From NCBI GenBank assembly GCA_010093815.1, contig ML996576.1: 64,000 bases of DNA. One strand, 5' to 3'. Of this stretch, positions 24,111-36,003 are shown in pieces. The position numbers and the translations under genes are program-made. The notes under the pieces are model-generated. The model ran no database searches and was not told the DNA's origin. It saw nothing but the letters and a program-made list of their open reading frames with translations. Position 1 is the first letter of the stretch; each line of letters starts with the position of its first letter. This stretch comes from Pseudovirgaria hyperparasitica. Its lineage: Eukaryota.

Positions 24111-25981
24111 TCAGCATCCTCCAGTGCCGATCTCTTCGATATCATCTTCACCAGTGCCAACACCCTTCTTCTTCCGCACCATGAATACTTGAGCTGCTCC
24201 AACGAGAGCTATAGCAGCACTCGCCCACCACGCGAGCATCGTGACATCTATGCGCCGGCCAAGTCCCCAGAGCAAGCCAGATGCGGGCCCAGCAATCGTC
24301 CGACACGCAGCGCCCACACTAGCAGCCAAACCGTTGACCTTGCCTAAATGTGCCGGCGACGGGGCGGCATTCTTAAGAAGGATCAGTAGCAGCGGATACT
24401 GGACGATGGCAAAGAACTCGCGTATGAAGGAGCACGCGTAGATACCAGTATATAGCCACGTTTCCGGCAGCAGTGGGAGCAGTGGAACAAGAATGTAGAC
24501 AATTGGATGGCCGATGGTGACGAGAATGAAGAGCCGCCATGTACTAATACGTGCGGCTAGGCAGGGGAAGATGATCGCTTGGATGAAGAGCGCGATGGCT
24601 CCGTTGATGCTCATGACGATGCCGACTTCGCGCACGGAGAGACCAAGTCCTGGACTTTGTAGAAGTGGGGGTATGTGGTGAGGTCGTAGGACGTCCGAGT
24701 CGCGGCCTTGTAGGTAGATAGGGATAAGGTTGTCATAGGTCATGGTGTGGTAGGTGAATATGCCAAATGCGACGATGAGGGTGATTACGCTGCTGTTGAA
24801 GACGCTTGGCTCTTCCATATCGGCGACGACTGTATCTCCAGAGAGTCTTCGTGCTGGATTGATGGGCTCGAATTCTTCTTGGTTCTGGAATTCTCCAATA
24901 CCATCGAAAGTTCCGTATGATTTGGTGCCCGAGAGGCATGATGTAGCGTCTGAGATTGTCATCTGGGAGTCGTCCGCGGTGTCCTTGGTTTGGTCGCCCA
25001 TTCCGGAGTCTGGACGCGTTTCTGTAAGGAAGAAACAGCCTGTAACGATTGATGCAAGTAGTAAAGTGGCGCATATGAGATTGGGCAGAAGATATGGGAA
25101 ATGTGCAAAGAGTCCGTATGAAGAGAACATAGATGGAAAGTTCTTCACAGGCTCTGCGAACAAGCCACCAATTGAAGCTGTTAGCCGTTAGTATTCCACA
25201 AGGAAAGCAGTTGAGACATCAAACTCACGGCCAATTACAGTTCCAATACACCATATGAATGGCATCACAGCATATGCACGAGCTGGTGTTTCTCAGTCGA
25301 AGCATCAAGCAGGTAAACCAGTCAACTTACGCTCATGTTCAGGTTTTCGTACCAGCTCACCAACCATAGTTTGGATAACCCCAATGTTCCCATTCAGCAG
25401 GCCCCCGAGTGTTCTGCCAGCTAAGGCGATCCATAGGTTTTGCGCAAAGCCAACCAAGAGGAGGGATATGAGAGTACCTACACACCCAACTAACAGTACT
25501 GGTTTTCGGCCTATTCTGTCCGAGAGTGCACCCCAATACATGCCGGTGCAGGCTTCGGCAAAGGCGAACGCCGAGATGAGGAGGCCTGCGTGAAAGGCCG
25601 CATTCGATTCTTCGCCATCCTGATAACGGACCACGAGCCTGTAAGCGTACGGATATATCGAAGTAAGGGCGACAGGTTCGGCCAGTCGTACAAGCGCTAT
25701 GTGAAATTATCAACAACAGCTACGAATTAAGGAAATGACAACGCTTTGCTACGATACAGAACGAGCTTGATCTGTGATTACTGACCTAGGTAAAACAGCT
25801 GTCGCGTTGGAAATGTGTCTGGTTGTACACTCCTACTGGGAACTTCACTGGTGGTCTCGCCCAAGTGCGATTCGGCAAACGAGAAAGAATCGAAAGAGCA
25901 CTCTGAGCCATGGAGCTTGTCTGCGTAGTCGTTTCCTTGCTCTTTCATCTGGTCTAAAATCTGTAACAACAGCACACTCAT
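24111..25981 (-). CDS. MFS transporter (DHA1/ZIF-like), multi-exon; start is 25981 or the downstream MKEQ
   Basis: FPTRQLFYL|ALVRLAEPVALTSIYPY, motif A GALSDRIGRKPVLL, GLLNGNIGVIQTMVGEL and FPYLLPNL; many hydrophobic segments. Confidence 0.9.
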
Positions 25982-26804
25982 TGTGGTCGCTTTAGGGCAT
26001 ACTTTAACGTACAGATGAGGGAGGAATCTATGTAGAGAAAGGAAGATATCATTGCAGATTGAATTGCAGAGTCAAAGGCTCACCATATTCCACCTGGATC
26101 CCGAAGTCAACGGCATGGAAGCTACAACCCACGCCCACAGCTTCGAGTGGTAAACCTCCGGATTGCGCCATAAATATTCAGTTCGGAAGTTGCGCTTCGT
26201 TGAAGGGGTTATCTATGGCCCTCATGGTGATTGATACATAGCGCATGTTTTGAAAGTGCTATGCGTCCTAGGAGCTAATTATCATCCTGTCATCTTCGTC
26301 CAGCAGAACAGATTTGGAGTAATAGCATGAACAGCACAGTCTCAGTATGATAATACACGCTCAGATACTCCTAGATGTCTCTCAGATTCCAAGATGGTTG
26401 AGGAGCATCCCAATGCAATATCTGGTGGACTGTTGGGAACATCGGAGATTTATGTCCACCAGGAAAACGAGACTCGGAAGAAATGTGAGTGGTGAGGATA
26501 CATCAATTCTTCGAGGCGTCTGTCGCAACAGCGAAAATCGTTCCACACCCCACGCGAATTATGTTATCATAGTCGGCTCTCTGGTCACTGAGTCCTATAG
26601 TGGGCAGCCTGATATTTATGGAAAGCGTTAAATTAGTCAGATTAGACGTGTTAAATTCCCAAGCGCTATTATACATACATTCCTGTAACTACTCTTTGCC
26701 ATAGACGATCCCTTCGTTGTTCTCATCATCACTGCGTGTTTCGGGAAGGAGGGGAGTCCAAGTTCAGCTCGAATGTGTCTCTTTACTTTGCACGCTCAAT
26801 CAAT

Positions 26805-28822
26805 CTATTCAGGCTTTTTGACAGCCCAGCGTGTGCTCTCCTCAAAGGCCAAGCGTTCGTCACCGCTCAAGCTCTGCAATCCTTGCTCCCTAAGTTCTGC
26901 GAACATTTCTAGTGCTTGCGGATAATTCTCATTCGTCGTCCACCCGTCGCGATGTACAAACCCTTGGAGGGAGTCCCAGAAGTCCGCAAGCTCATTCCAG
27001 CCTTCTGAATCACGGAGATGTGCCTCAAGCTCTTCATCTGTGAATTTTATTGGGCAAGGAACTTCAGTGTTGATCTCGTTCCAGTGACTGTAGTTCTTGT
27101 ATATCAGTGGTCTATATCGACTTCAAGTAGTGCGTATGGGCTTAACATACCGTGCTATGCGAATAAGACATTGCCGAAAGGGGAGAATGTCTCCGTCCCA
27201 CGTGTTGGTCGAAAAGTTCACGGTATCACGCCTCGTACGGCCTTGATGCAGGTGGAAAATGTCGTGGAGGATCGGATTCGTGCTTTTGGTCTCATGTTCG
27301 TATGCCCACAAGACAATTGACTTCTCAACTTGAGTCCGAACGCGAACTTTCTCATCTTCATCTTTAAGGGTCTCATAGCTTTCAGGTAACCTCAATAGAA
27401 CCTCTCCGTTGTAATCTACAAGCCGCGGATGTCGTGCCTGAAGAAACAAAGGACCGACCCACGTATCCTGCCAGTCAATAAGAGTAGTGACATGGCCGTC
27501 CTGAGCGAATATATTCGGGGCATGAATATCCCAGTGCCATAAAGTAGGTCTACTCTGATCTCCCTCGGGTAATAGATATTCAGCAACGTCCAGGAACTTC
27601 TTGTAAAGGACAACGTGAGCATCTGGGGTGCGCTGCGCCTCGGAGGTTGCAATTAAACCACCTGTCGACTTTTGGACGGCATGGTTACGTATCCAGGCAA
27701 TCTGTCGTCGGCCAATTGCGATCAAATAATCCTGAGGTCTCTTCCCTAAGAAGCTCATTAATCAAAACTGCACTTTGTGGTCATAGACGATATAACTCAC
27801 AGGGGCCACGATCAATACCAATAGACGCTCGTTCTCGGTGCCAGAAATCTCGATCAACGACTGGACCTATCACAAATCGGTCCTCGACCATTCTTTTCAA
27901 TGATTGCGGCACTTCTCCAATGATTTCGGCCTTTTCGCAGCCCGGGAAAGCATCATTCGCGAAGTAAAGACTTCCATAACTGTGGTTATTCGTCAACTAT
28001 GCCGGCATGAGCATACTAATTCATAAGAACAGACCGTGTGAATGATAGTGACAGGAATTTTTTCTCGATAGCGATAATATCGTCCACAATCTTGAGCTTA
28101 TCATCAAGCTCCATCTCGTCCCAAACCTCACCGAGTTGACGTCCAGTCGCCTCCTCCATCAGAATGTACTCTGACTCTACGGGATTTTCAGCATCACCGC
28201 TCCAAGATAATACCTTTGGCACAGGGATCTCAAGGACAGTCCGTGCCTGGGAATCCGGTTGTATCAGCCCAGGCAACTAAACATCACAGCAACCGAATCT
28301 ACATACAAAATCCATGGTAGCGACTTCAGACGCAGTTGTCTTGAACAGAGGGCCGGCATTAGGATTAGGTATACGCGCGATTACGACAGTACCATCATCC
28401 ATGACAAGCCGAAAGACTTTATTGAATCCTCCTTCAGCAAGCTTGCTGATCGATACACAAGCCTGCGCGCCTGCACTTTTAGCCGCGACCTTCTCAAGTT
28501 CAAGCACGTTAAAACGTTTATACCGCTCGCGAAGCTGAGAGGTTTCATTCCATAGCCACCGCCCACTTGTATAGCAGTAGTAATCTTCGTAGTCGCTATC
28601 TGGACGCGAAAACATTGTTCGAAAAGGAGATCGAAACGATACATAGGATGGCGAGAAAAAGCGACTCAGAGACCGCAAAGTCTGAGGTCTGGGGTTAATC
28701 CCAAGGCGCTGGTAGTAATAGGAACCCAGGCCATGGCAGATCATGTTCGGGTTGTGAACATTGATACGTGATCGAAAGGTCGCGTCGGATGGAGTATTTG
28801 AGTAGAGGTACGGAAAAAGCAT
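26805..28822 (-). CDS. APH/phosphotransferase-like protein (Aim9-like); introns 28306-28247, 28034-27980, 27800-27746, 27150-27088; start uncertain (28822 to 28615)
   Basis: YTSGRWLWNE, KLAEGGFNKVF, TASEVATMDF|ARTVLEIPVPKVLSW, EYILME, YGSLYF, LWHWDIHAPNIF and LIDWQ. All junctions canonical and in frame. Confidence 0.88.
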
Positions 28823-28829
28823 TTCAATA

Positions 28830-29270
28830 AATTACCATCAAAACAAGCTATATTCAGTATAATATAATTACTTAACATGCTTATGAGTACTAAGATCTAC
28901 TTATCATACATGACTAGAGATTCAGATCCGGTATCAGTAGTATAATTAGAGATAACATAATCATTCTATGATTTAACCTTTTCCGAAGATATAATATATC
29001 GTATTACTATTAGAAGGTTATTACCATAGAGGTTGTCTAAGGGGAGAAAAAGACAGGCAGTAACGACCTTAGAATGAGATCGCCAAGGCGCTAGTATCAT
29101 TAGGATTAGCGTAACTGTAAGCGAGGAACATTGATCTTTATAATCTCTCTTTCTCTGATCCTCTTGTTATAGACTAAGCTAGAACAGAGACTTATTAGAG
29201 GTTCAAAACTACATAGACATATTTATCAACTGATTGCACTCATGAATATCTCTGTGTGTTATTATATGAG
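28830..29270. other. AT-rich, TpA-rich RIP-like tract
   Basis: Dense TA/TAA/TAG words and no ORF in the track; judged by eye. Confidence 0.55.
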
Positions 29271-29918
29271 CAGGGTGTGAGGGGGAAATATCGCGTAAAC
29301 CTAATGCCAAGAGTGACAAGCTGGGCACAATGAATGAATTTGTTGACAGTCTGACACGGAGCAGCTACGAAGCCAATGAAGTTCTATCTCATTTACCATC
29401 TCTCTTGCTGTCTCTTCCTCTCGAGATAACGTGGAGCTCCTTCATGCGACTCCCCTTGTGTCTCTCATGTGGCTGACACAACGGCAACTATGGCACATGC
29501 CGAGCTTGCAAGACCGCCGGAGAAGGCAGACTAAAAATTAACCCGGCCAGGTAGAGCTAAGAAGGAATTGGCCTTACGAGAAAAGACGTCAGTATTGTCG
29601 CAAGATATCCTAGTCTCTCTAGTTTCTCCTTCTCTCTCACCTGTCTTGACCACTCAAATGAAGGCGTTCATGGCCTTACCGTCGGTCCAGGACGGCTTTC
29701 GCGCCTCTATTGATACGCCACAGCGGCCAAGGAGCTTCTGTCCTGAGTCCTGGCATCTGTCCAAGACGGACTGTTGGTAAATTTTCATCCGTGGCACCTT
29801 GCGCTTGGCGTGCTAAATCTTGGGCTGGACGACTTCTTAAGATCAAGAGGGCCTGCCTAGGCGATGTCAATTCAGGTCTTCCTTACGCTTTGTCACAACG
29901 CCAGTCGCTGTTGTCCCA

Positions 29919-32009
29919 ATGACCTCCCACGCCTTCGATGGGGTTGTTTTTCTCAAGGACGAGGAAGTTGATGAGTTTGTCAAATCGCTAGATAAAAATA
30001 GTGACGGCATTATTGACTATTCCGAACTGGAACGAAAGCTGGACCATATTCACGATGAGATCGTGCCAAAGCCTCTTTCCCATCATTTGAACCACGGCGA
30101 CAGGGATGAACAGGATCGCCACGATTTTCTTCGAAGTATCATTGGATCCGATAAGAATGCGATACCTGTTGCAGAATTCAAGAACATCGTGCGCTCGTGG
30201 AATGTTCCTTCTCTTGAGCAGGACAAGGAAGCCGCGAAAGAGGAAGATAACTATCTCAAACGTATGAGCTGGTATAGGCGCTTCAGAGTCTGGTGGGCCG
30301 TCGAAGGACCGGAATATCTAACCCTCATCTTGGTTGTCAGTATTCAAGTTGGCCTAGGTGTGTGGCAAATGGTGAAGTACATCACTCAGACGCAATATCG
30401 CGATGCGCTTGGATGGGGTGTCGTGTTGGCAAAGACATGCGCTGGCTCGCTCTATGGAACCATGTTTTTCCTGCTCTTATCGATGTCAAGATATTTCACC
30501 ACATCTATGCGCAAAAGTCAGACCATTTCTCGATTTGCGAACTGGGACCTCTCCCAGTCGTTTCACATCAAGATATCAATCGCTGCGATAGCTCTTGCGA
30601 CTTTGCACGCCATTGGCCATCTTACAGGATCTTTCGTGTTTGGAAGTCGTACCAATCGACAGGAAGCCGTGGCAGTACTCCTAGGGCCGGATGCTGTGCC
30701 TAAAGCGTATATCGACTACGTTCGCTCTACACCTGGATGGACTGGGCTGACGGCCCTGGGTTGCTTCTATCTCCTGGCTCTGTTGAGCATGCCGGTGATC
30801 CGAAAATGGAACTACGAAGTTTTTCAGCTAGGCCATCTTCTAATGTTTCCGATTATTGGCCTTCTGGCCGCTCATGGCAGCACTCAACTACTCCAATGGA
30901 CCATGCTAGGCTACTTTCTCGCATTTCCCGCAATCTTGATCGTATTTGAACGACTTCTCCGTATTGTACAAGGCTTCCATCGCATCTCTGCAACACTGCA
31001 AGTACTTGATAAGGAGACCGTGGCCGTGACGGTGCACATACCAAAGTACCGCATTTGGCCATACAAAGCTGGCCAATACGTCTTCCTACAAGTTCCCTCC
31101 ATTTCCTTGTTCCAGTGGCACCCCTTCACGATTTCGACATGCCACGAAAACGTTATGCAAGTGCACGTTAAGAATGACGGCGACTGGACCGGTAAACTTC
31201 ATGGCTTCGCCCAAGTCGGAGAATCGAAACCCATTCGCGTCGGTATCGATGGCCCGTTCGGCGCGCCCGCGCAACGCTTCCCAGACTTCGACTTCAGCAT
31301 GGTCTTTGGAGCCGGCATTGGTGTGACGCCTTTCTCCGGTATTCTCACAGATCTGCAACAACAGGAAGAGGAAGAGCGGACACGCCTAGAAACCAAAGCT
31401 GCTGCTCGTAAAGAACAAGCTACCTCCGAAGGTATTCCTGATTCGCAGCTTCGGCAACTACCCACCAACACCTCCATCGCGAGCCACTTTGCACGTTTCC
31501 GCCGCATCGATTTCCATTGGCTTGTACGGGACCGGAACAACTTACTCTGGTTTGCCGAACTGCTAAATACTGTGACCCGAGCGCAGCGTGAGGAAGAGCA
31601 TTCACCCACCATCAAGAACCTCGATATCAATATTGTAACACATGTTACGCAGAAACGCAAAGACATTAGTGAGCATGTTTTTCGCTGGCTCTTGGAGATG
31701 CATCGCACGGATGAGCACCCGTGCTCGCCCATCACAGGCCTACTGAACAATACACACTTCGGGCGGCCAGACTTAGGACGCATTATGACCAGTCACTATG
31801 AGGATATGAAGGTATTGAGGAAAGAGAAGAGCTGGAGGCTGAATGGTCTGAAGAAAGATGATAGTGAAGAGCTTAAAGTTGGTGTGTTCTTCTGTGGGCC
31901 ACCGGTTATTGGCTATCAGCTTGCAGATTGGTGTTGGCGATTGACGGCGAGGGGGAGGGAGGAGGGTTGTAAAGTTGAGTATTACTTCATGATGGAGGTA
32001 TTCGGGTAG
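29919..32009 (+). CDS. noxC: EF-hand-containing NADPH oxidase (NoxC/Nox3 type)
   Basis: EF-hand loop DKNSDGIIDYSE. Heme His pairs (SFHIK..TLHAIGH; LGHLL..AAHG). FAD motif QWHPFTIS, IDGPFG, NADPH motifs GAGIGVTPF and GVFFCGP, terminal EVFG. Confidence 0.88.
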   Translation: MTSHAFDGVVFLKDEEVDEFVKSLDKNSDGIIDYSELERKLDHIHDEIVPKPLSHHLNHGDRDEQDRHDFLRSIIGSDKNAIPVAEFKNIVRSWNVPSLEQDKEAAKEEDNYLKRMSWYRRFRVWWAVEGPEYLTLILVVSIQVGLGVWQMVKYITQTQYRDALGWGVVLAKTCAGSLYGTMFFLLLSMSRYFTTSMRKSQTISRFANWDLSQSFHIKISIAAIALATLHAIGHLTGSFVFGSRTNRQEAVAVLLGPDAVPKAYIDYVRSTPGWTGLTALGCFYLLALLSMPVIRKWNYEVFQLGHLLMFPIIGLLAAHGSTQLLQWTMLGYFLAFPAILIVFERLLRIVQGFHRISATLQVLDKETVAVTVHIPKYRIWPYKAGQYVFLQVPSISLFQWHPFTISTCHENVMQVHVKNDGDWTGKLHGFAQVGESKPIRVGIDGPFGAPAQRFPDFDFSMVFGAGIGVTPFSGILTDLQQQEEEERTRLETKAAARKEQATSEGIPDSQLRQLPTNTSIASHFARFRRIDFHWLVRDRNNLLWFAELLNTVTRAQREEEHSPTIKNLDINIVTHVTQKRKDISEHVFRWLLEMHRTDEHPCSPITGLLNNTHFGRPDLGRIMTSHYEDMKVLRKEKSWRLNGLKKDDSEELKVGVFFCGPPVIGYQLADWCWRLTARGREEGCKVEYYFMMEVFG

Positions 32010-33329
32010 TCACCGGTATTCGATGTCGTGTGACTTTTGTCAGACTCATTACATTGAGTACAACCGCCACGTTGTTGAAGGCAGGCACGAACTGGCGTTA
32101 TGTCGCCCTCGAACCACCTCAAGTCCATTCGTGGAGTAGCCATTAAGTTTTCTGGATTTCTAGGCGAGACTTGTAGCTTCTCAGGATGGCAGATTTACTG
32201 TCATGATCGGGATGTCATATAAGGTCTTAATCCCAAGTAAGCCTACAAATGAAAGCATCGCATCATCGATGAACGCTCATAGTCTAACAGTGAGGATTAT
32301 ATTGGCCTACTCCACGCAGTGGCTGAATTTATTATGACTTATCTCACGAAGGACGTCGGAAGCAACTCCTTGTTTTACAACCGTTGAATGACCTTTTTCA
32401 TCATTGTGCCAACACAGCCATAGTGAGTAATAATACGAGTATGTTGAGACATCTTCTAATGTAAAGGGATGCAGCAGCCTGTGACAGAATAATGGAGCTG
32501 GGATAAAACCTTGGATAAACCTAGGAAAGCATGTGAGAATTAGGATTCCCATTGTTCTCTGAACAACGTAGAGATTGAATCACACTGTACAATTTGCCAC
32601 TGATGTACTTTAGATCTGTCCTCAGTTATGCCGCCACGACTTTGTTATCTCCCTACTTGGAGAGCCCACATATCACGCATGTGACGATTCCAGCTCTTTT
32701 CTACGAACATCTTCTCTCCCCTTGCGGCAGCTAAATGGCTTGGTTATGTATTTCGCTAAGGCACGATACTATAGTCAGTGATTAATGGTCTCGGTGACAT
32801 CGTCACTGAGAAATTGTTAGCATTGGCTGCAGTTACAGTAGCTGGGAAACTTGAGCGAACCTTATCAAAGAAGGATCATTCTTATACTCAGGCACTATAT
32901 TAAGTGAGCAGAGCAACGGTTCTTTGCTCTATGTTGACATTACAAGACACCATGTCTCTAACAGATCTACCACTATTCGCGCACTTGTCTAAATATCTGC
33001 AACCATCTATATGAATAAGTCTAACGAGCTTCTAGATACAGCTCAGAGCTTTAAAATGTTTCAGAGTTTGTACGAACAAGCATAGGGGTTGCGGGTGTGT
33101 CTTAGACCTTTCTTCATCCACAAGCTCTGATAGACCCCCTTTTGCACCGTCTAAAATATTGTATTCAGTCTGAGTAGTCTGGACCACAGTCCGTCAAGCC
33201 GTATGTATTACCGCTTGAAATCCGAGATCAAGATATAAGCCGAGAGTCAAGACATAAGCCGAGAGAATGGTAGATAATAAACGTAGTGTAGAGATAGTAT
33301 AGGCAAACCTGAGCCGATACCCCCTCGTA

Positions 33330-34931
33330 TCATGTGGTGCCGCGATGGCCTACATAATTGATACTGTTAAACATCGCGGTCGTTACGAATTTCACTAGAA
33401 AGTCGGTCATCCCACGACCATCCGGATCTGGCCGGATCTCCTCGCTGAGTATACAGCCCTCCCCTAAAATGGTCTCACACTGTCGGACGTCGGCCATCCA
33501 TTTCTCAAGAAGTTGGTGACAATCTTTCCTTAGAATTTTGACGATCTCCTTGCATATTTGACGGCCTTCGCTGCTGAGCAAGAAGCCATTCCGAACGATG
33601 TCTGACTTTCCGTCTGATACCAGATCTGGTGTGGTTTGTGGCGGATTGGGAGAGCTGCTCGCGTGCCACCCTATCTCTTTGTCCATAAGTGATTCTTTGT
33701 CCGGTTCGGTGGAGACTTCCGTGGGAATTCTCTTGTTCAATTCGGCGGAGAGTTCCAGATGCGCGTGCCAGATATCACACCATGCGACGGCGAATTGGAG
33801 CTGTTTGTCGTCGTCCAATTGCATAAGACGGGGGCATAAATCGCGTCTATCGAGCCTCTGAAAGTGGAACCAGTCATCGAGGCGGTCAATTTTTCTCAAG
33901 AGCTTTGGCATGGTCTTACAACAAAACCGTTCGACTCTCCACTTGGTCAGTTTGTCTTCGAGAATCGTCTTCTCCTCATCTGAGATTGCACTGTCATCCG
34001 GACTCTCTCTAAGCCTGTTTGCCTCCCTGATGGCGTTGTCGTAATCTCTCCTCGTGGCATCCGTCTGGAGCTTCATATGTTTCCTTGCCATGTTCAGGAG
34101 GACGTCGTATGCCTGGATACGACAGAGGGGAAACGTGGATCCTCTTGGGTCGATATCGTCGTTGAGGTCGTGTCTGACCCTCTGTCCACGCTGATAGCGC
34201 TCAACTTCGTCCAAGAAGAGTTCATTAATCGGCATAGTAGAGATACGAGGGATTTTCTCCTGACTTGGCATGACGATTTTTCGTGTGGAAGGCGTCTCCT
34301 GACGCTCCAGCCTAGCACGAATGATATCTGGTGTTAATTCTTGTTCGGAGTTTGCGCCAGGAGTGTCGCGGAACTTTATTTCGTCACAGCTGGCATTCGG
34401 CGCAAGGCCGCGCTGTACATATTCTGGTTGAGCCTGCTGGTCAGGCCGGTAGAGCTCAAACACCTTGCAATACATTTGTTTTATTTTGTACTTCTTGGAC
34501 TTTTCTTTTACCTTGTCGTGAGCCGTTCGAAGAATGGGAAAGAGATTTTGGTGGTAGTCGTTTCTCCAAAAGGCGATGAAAAACTTCATTTCTCGTTTCT
34601 CGAAGTTTGCGTTTCTGGCACGGACTGGGATACCCTTTGTCTTTCCCTTCTTCACCTCAACTTGCCGTATTCTTACGGGGAGTTCATCTTCCGGATGGAA
34701 GTCGGCCAGTGCGTTGACGAAGATAAAACCCCCTATCGGTGTGCCTTCATTGCTGTCAAACGTCACAGGCTCTGTACCAACCGTAGTATCCTTGGGAGAT
34801 GGGACTATAGCGCTGTAGTCCCAGTCCCAATATTCCAGAACTTCGCAGTCTGCCTCGCTCGATATGCCAGGCGGTAGAGAAATCGTCTCCAGAATCTTCT
34901 CCAGACGCGCATCCAGAGAAATCGTCTCCAT
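33330..34931 (-). CDS. Hypothetical protein, 533 aa (no family recognised)
   Basis: 1.6-kb uninterrupted ORF with charged, globular-looking composition. Confidence 0.7.
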   Translation of the reverse strand: METISLDARLEKILETISLPPGISSEADCEVLEYWDWDYSAIVPSPKDTTVGTEPVTFDSNEGTPIGGFIFVNALADFHPEDELPVRIRQVEVKKGKTKGIPVRARNANFEKREMKFFIAFWRNDYHQNLFPILRTAHDKVKEKSKKYKIKQMYCKVFELYRPDQQAQPEYVQRGLAPNASCDEIKFRDTPGANSEQELTPDIIRARLERQETPSTRKIVMPSQEKIPRISTMPINELFLDEVERYQRGQRVRHDLNDDIDPRGSTFPLCRIQAYDVLLNMARKHMKLQTDATRRDYDNAIREANRLRESPDDSAISDEEKTILEDKLTKWRVERFCCKTMPKLLRKIDRLDDWFHFQRLDRRDLCPRLMQLDDDKQLQFAVAWCDIWHAHLELSAELNKRIPTEVSTEPDKESLMDKEIGWHASSSPNPPQTTPDLVSDGKSDIVRNGFLLSSEGRQICKEIVKILRKDCHQLLEKWMADVRQCETILGEGCILSEEIRPDPDGRGMTDFLVKFVTTAMFNSINYVGHRGTT

Positions 34932-36003
34932 GATTCAGGGCTTGAATGAAACCTCCCGCGAGTCGGTTGAACGTCGTGCTAGAATGAAATGGTTTGAAGA
35001 CGGACTGCGGGTATGAAAGTGGTTGGTAGACCTAGGCTAGAAGGTTTCCATTTACATTATGAGGATTCCTTTGTTCTCATGAAGTCTCCATATGATGTAG
35101 GGATATCCTTGCTCGTGGGTTCTGTCGTGCCTTGCTTTTGCGCTGACCACACAGACCCTCACCGTTGTTCAGTTACGGTTTACCCACAGTGTCAGATTCT
35201 TGGTATACATCTTCTCATATCACAGCACATACCTGAAGTACGCACAATGCTTCTAGTAAGTCTAGACCTTCCAAGCAGTTGACTCCTTTAGTTTAGGAAC
35301 GCAATTCTGTAAACTTTGATAGGTTGCTTACAATGTAAATTAACAAATGCTAGCGTAACAAGGCATTATGTCCTACTATGATCGTATCATTCCTCGCCAC
35401 TATCATATGGCCCGACGCACATTCCCCGCTCAGCCATTTGCATGGTAGCAAAACTCACCGTATTTGATCCGGTACGTACCTTCCGACTTCTATACCGAGA
35501 TCACGTAAAGGAAGTCTGTCCCGGAGACCACATACACACAGGCGCAATCTACAGTCGCAGCTTGGAACAGCGAGACCATTACCACCACGGCAAGCCGAGC
35601 CGGGACTTCGCAGACAAGCTTCACAATGCATGTACTGTTTTCCAAGTTTCTCATGCTCCTTCGACTCTGATTATGGGATGTCAGCGTTGTGACACAAAGC
35701 TTACTGTAACGAGCGCCTCCCGCCTACAGCAGAGCAGGAAGGAGAGGCCAAACAAGAACCACACTTTTATTTTTTTCTTTTTCTTTTTTCGCAAGAGATC
35801 CCGATGTCAGCCCCGGGAAGTGGGTCCTACTTACCCTTCCATGCTGCGAAAAGTGATGATCTACGTACCACGAAGCGGGGCTTGCATATCCCGATCAGCT
35901 TGTAAGCTTATATAGCTCTCAACAACAACAACAACATTCTTCTCCATCCGTGCCATCTTCCAGCATTTTCCACACACAGCCAGCATACTCTGCACTTCCC
36001 AGC

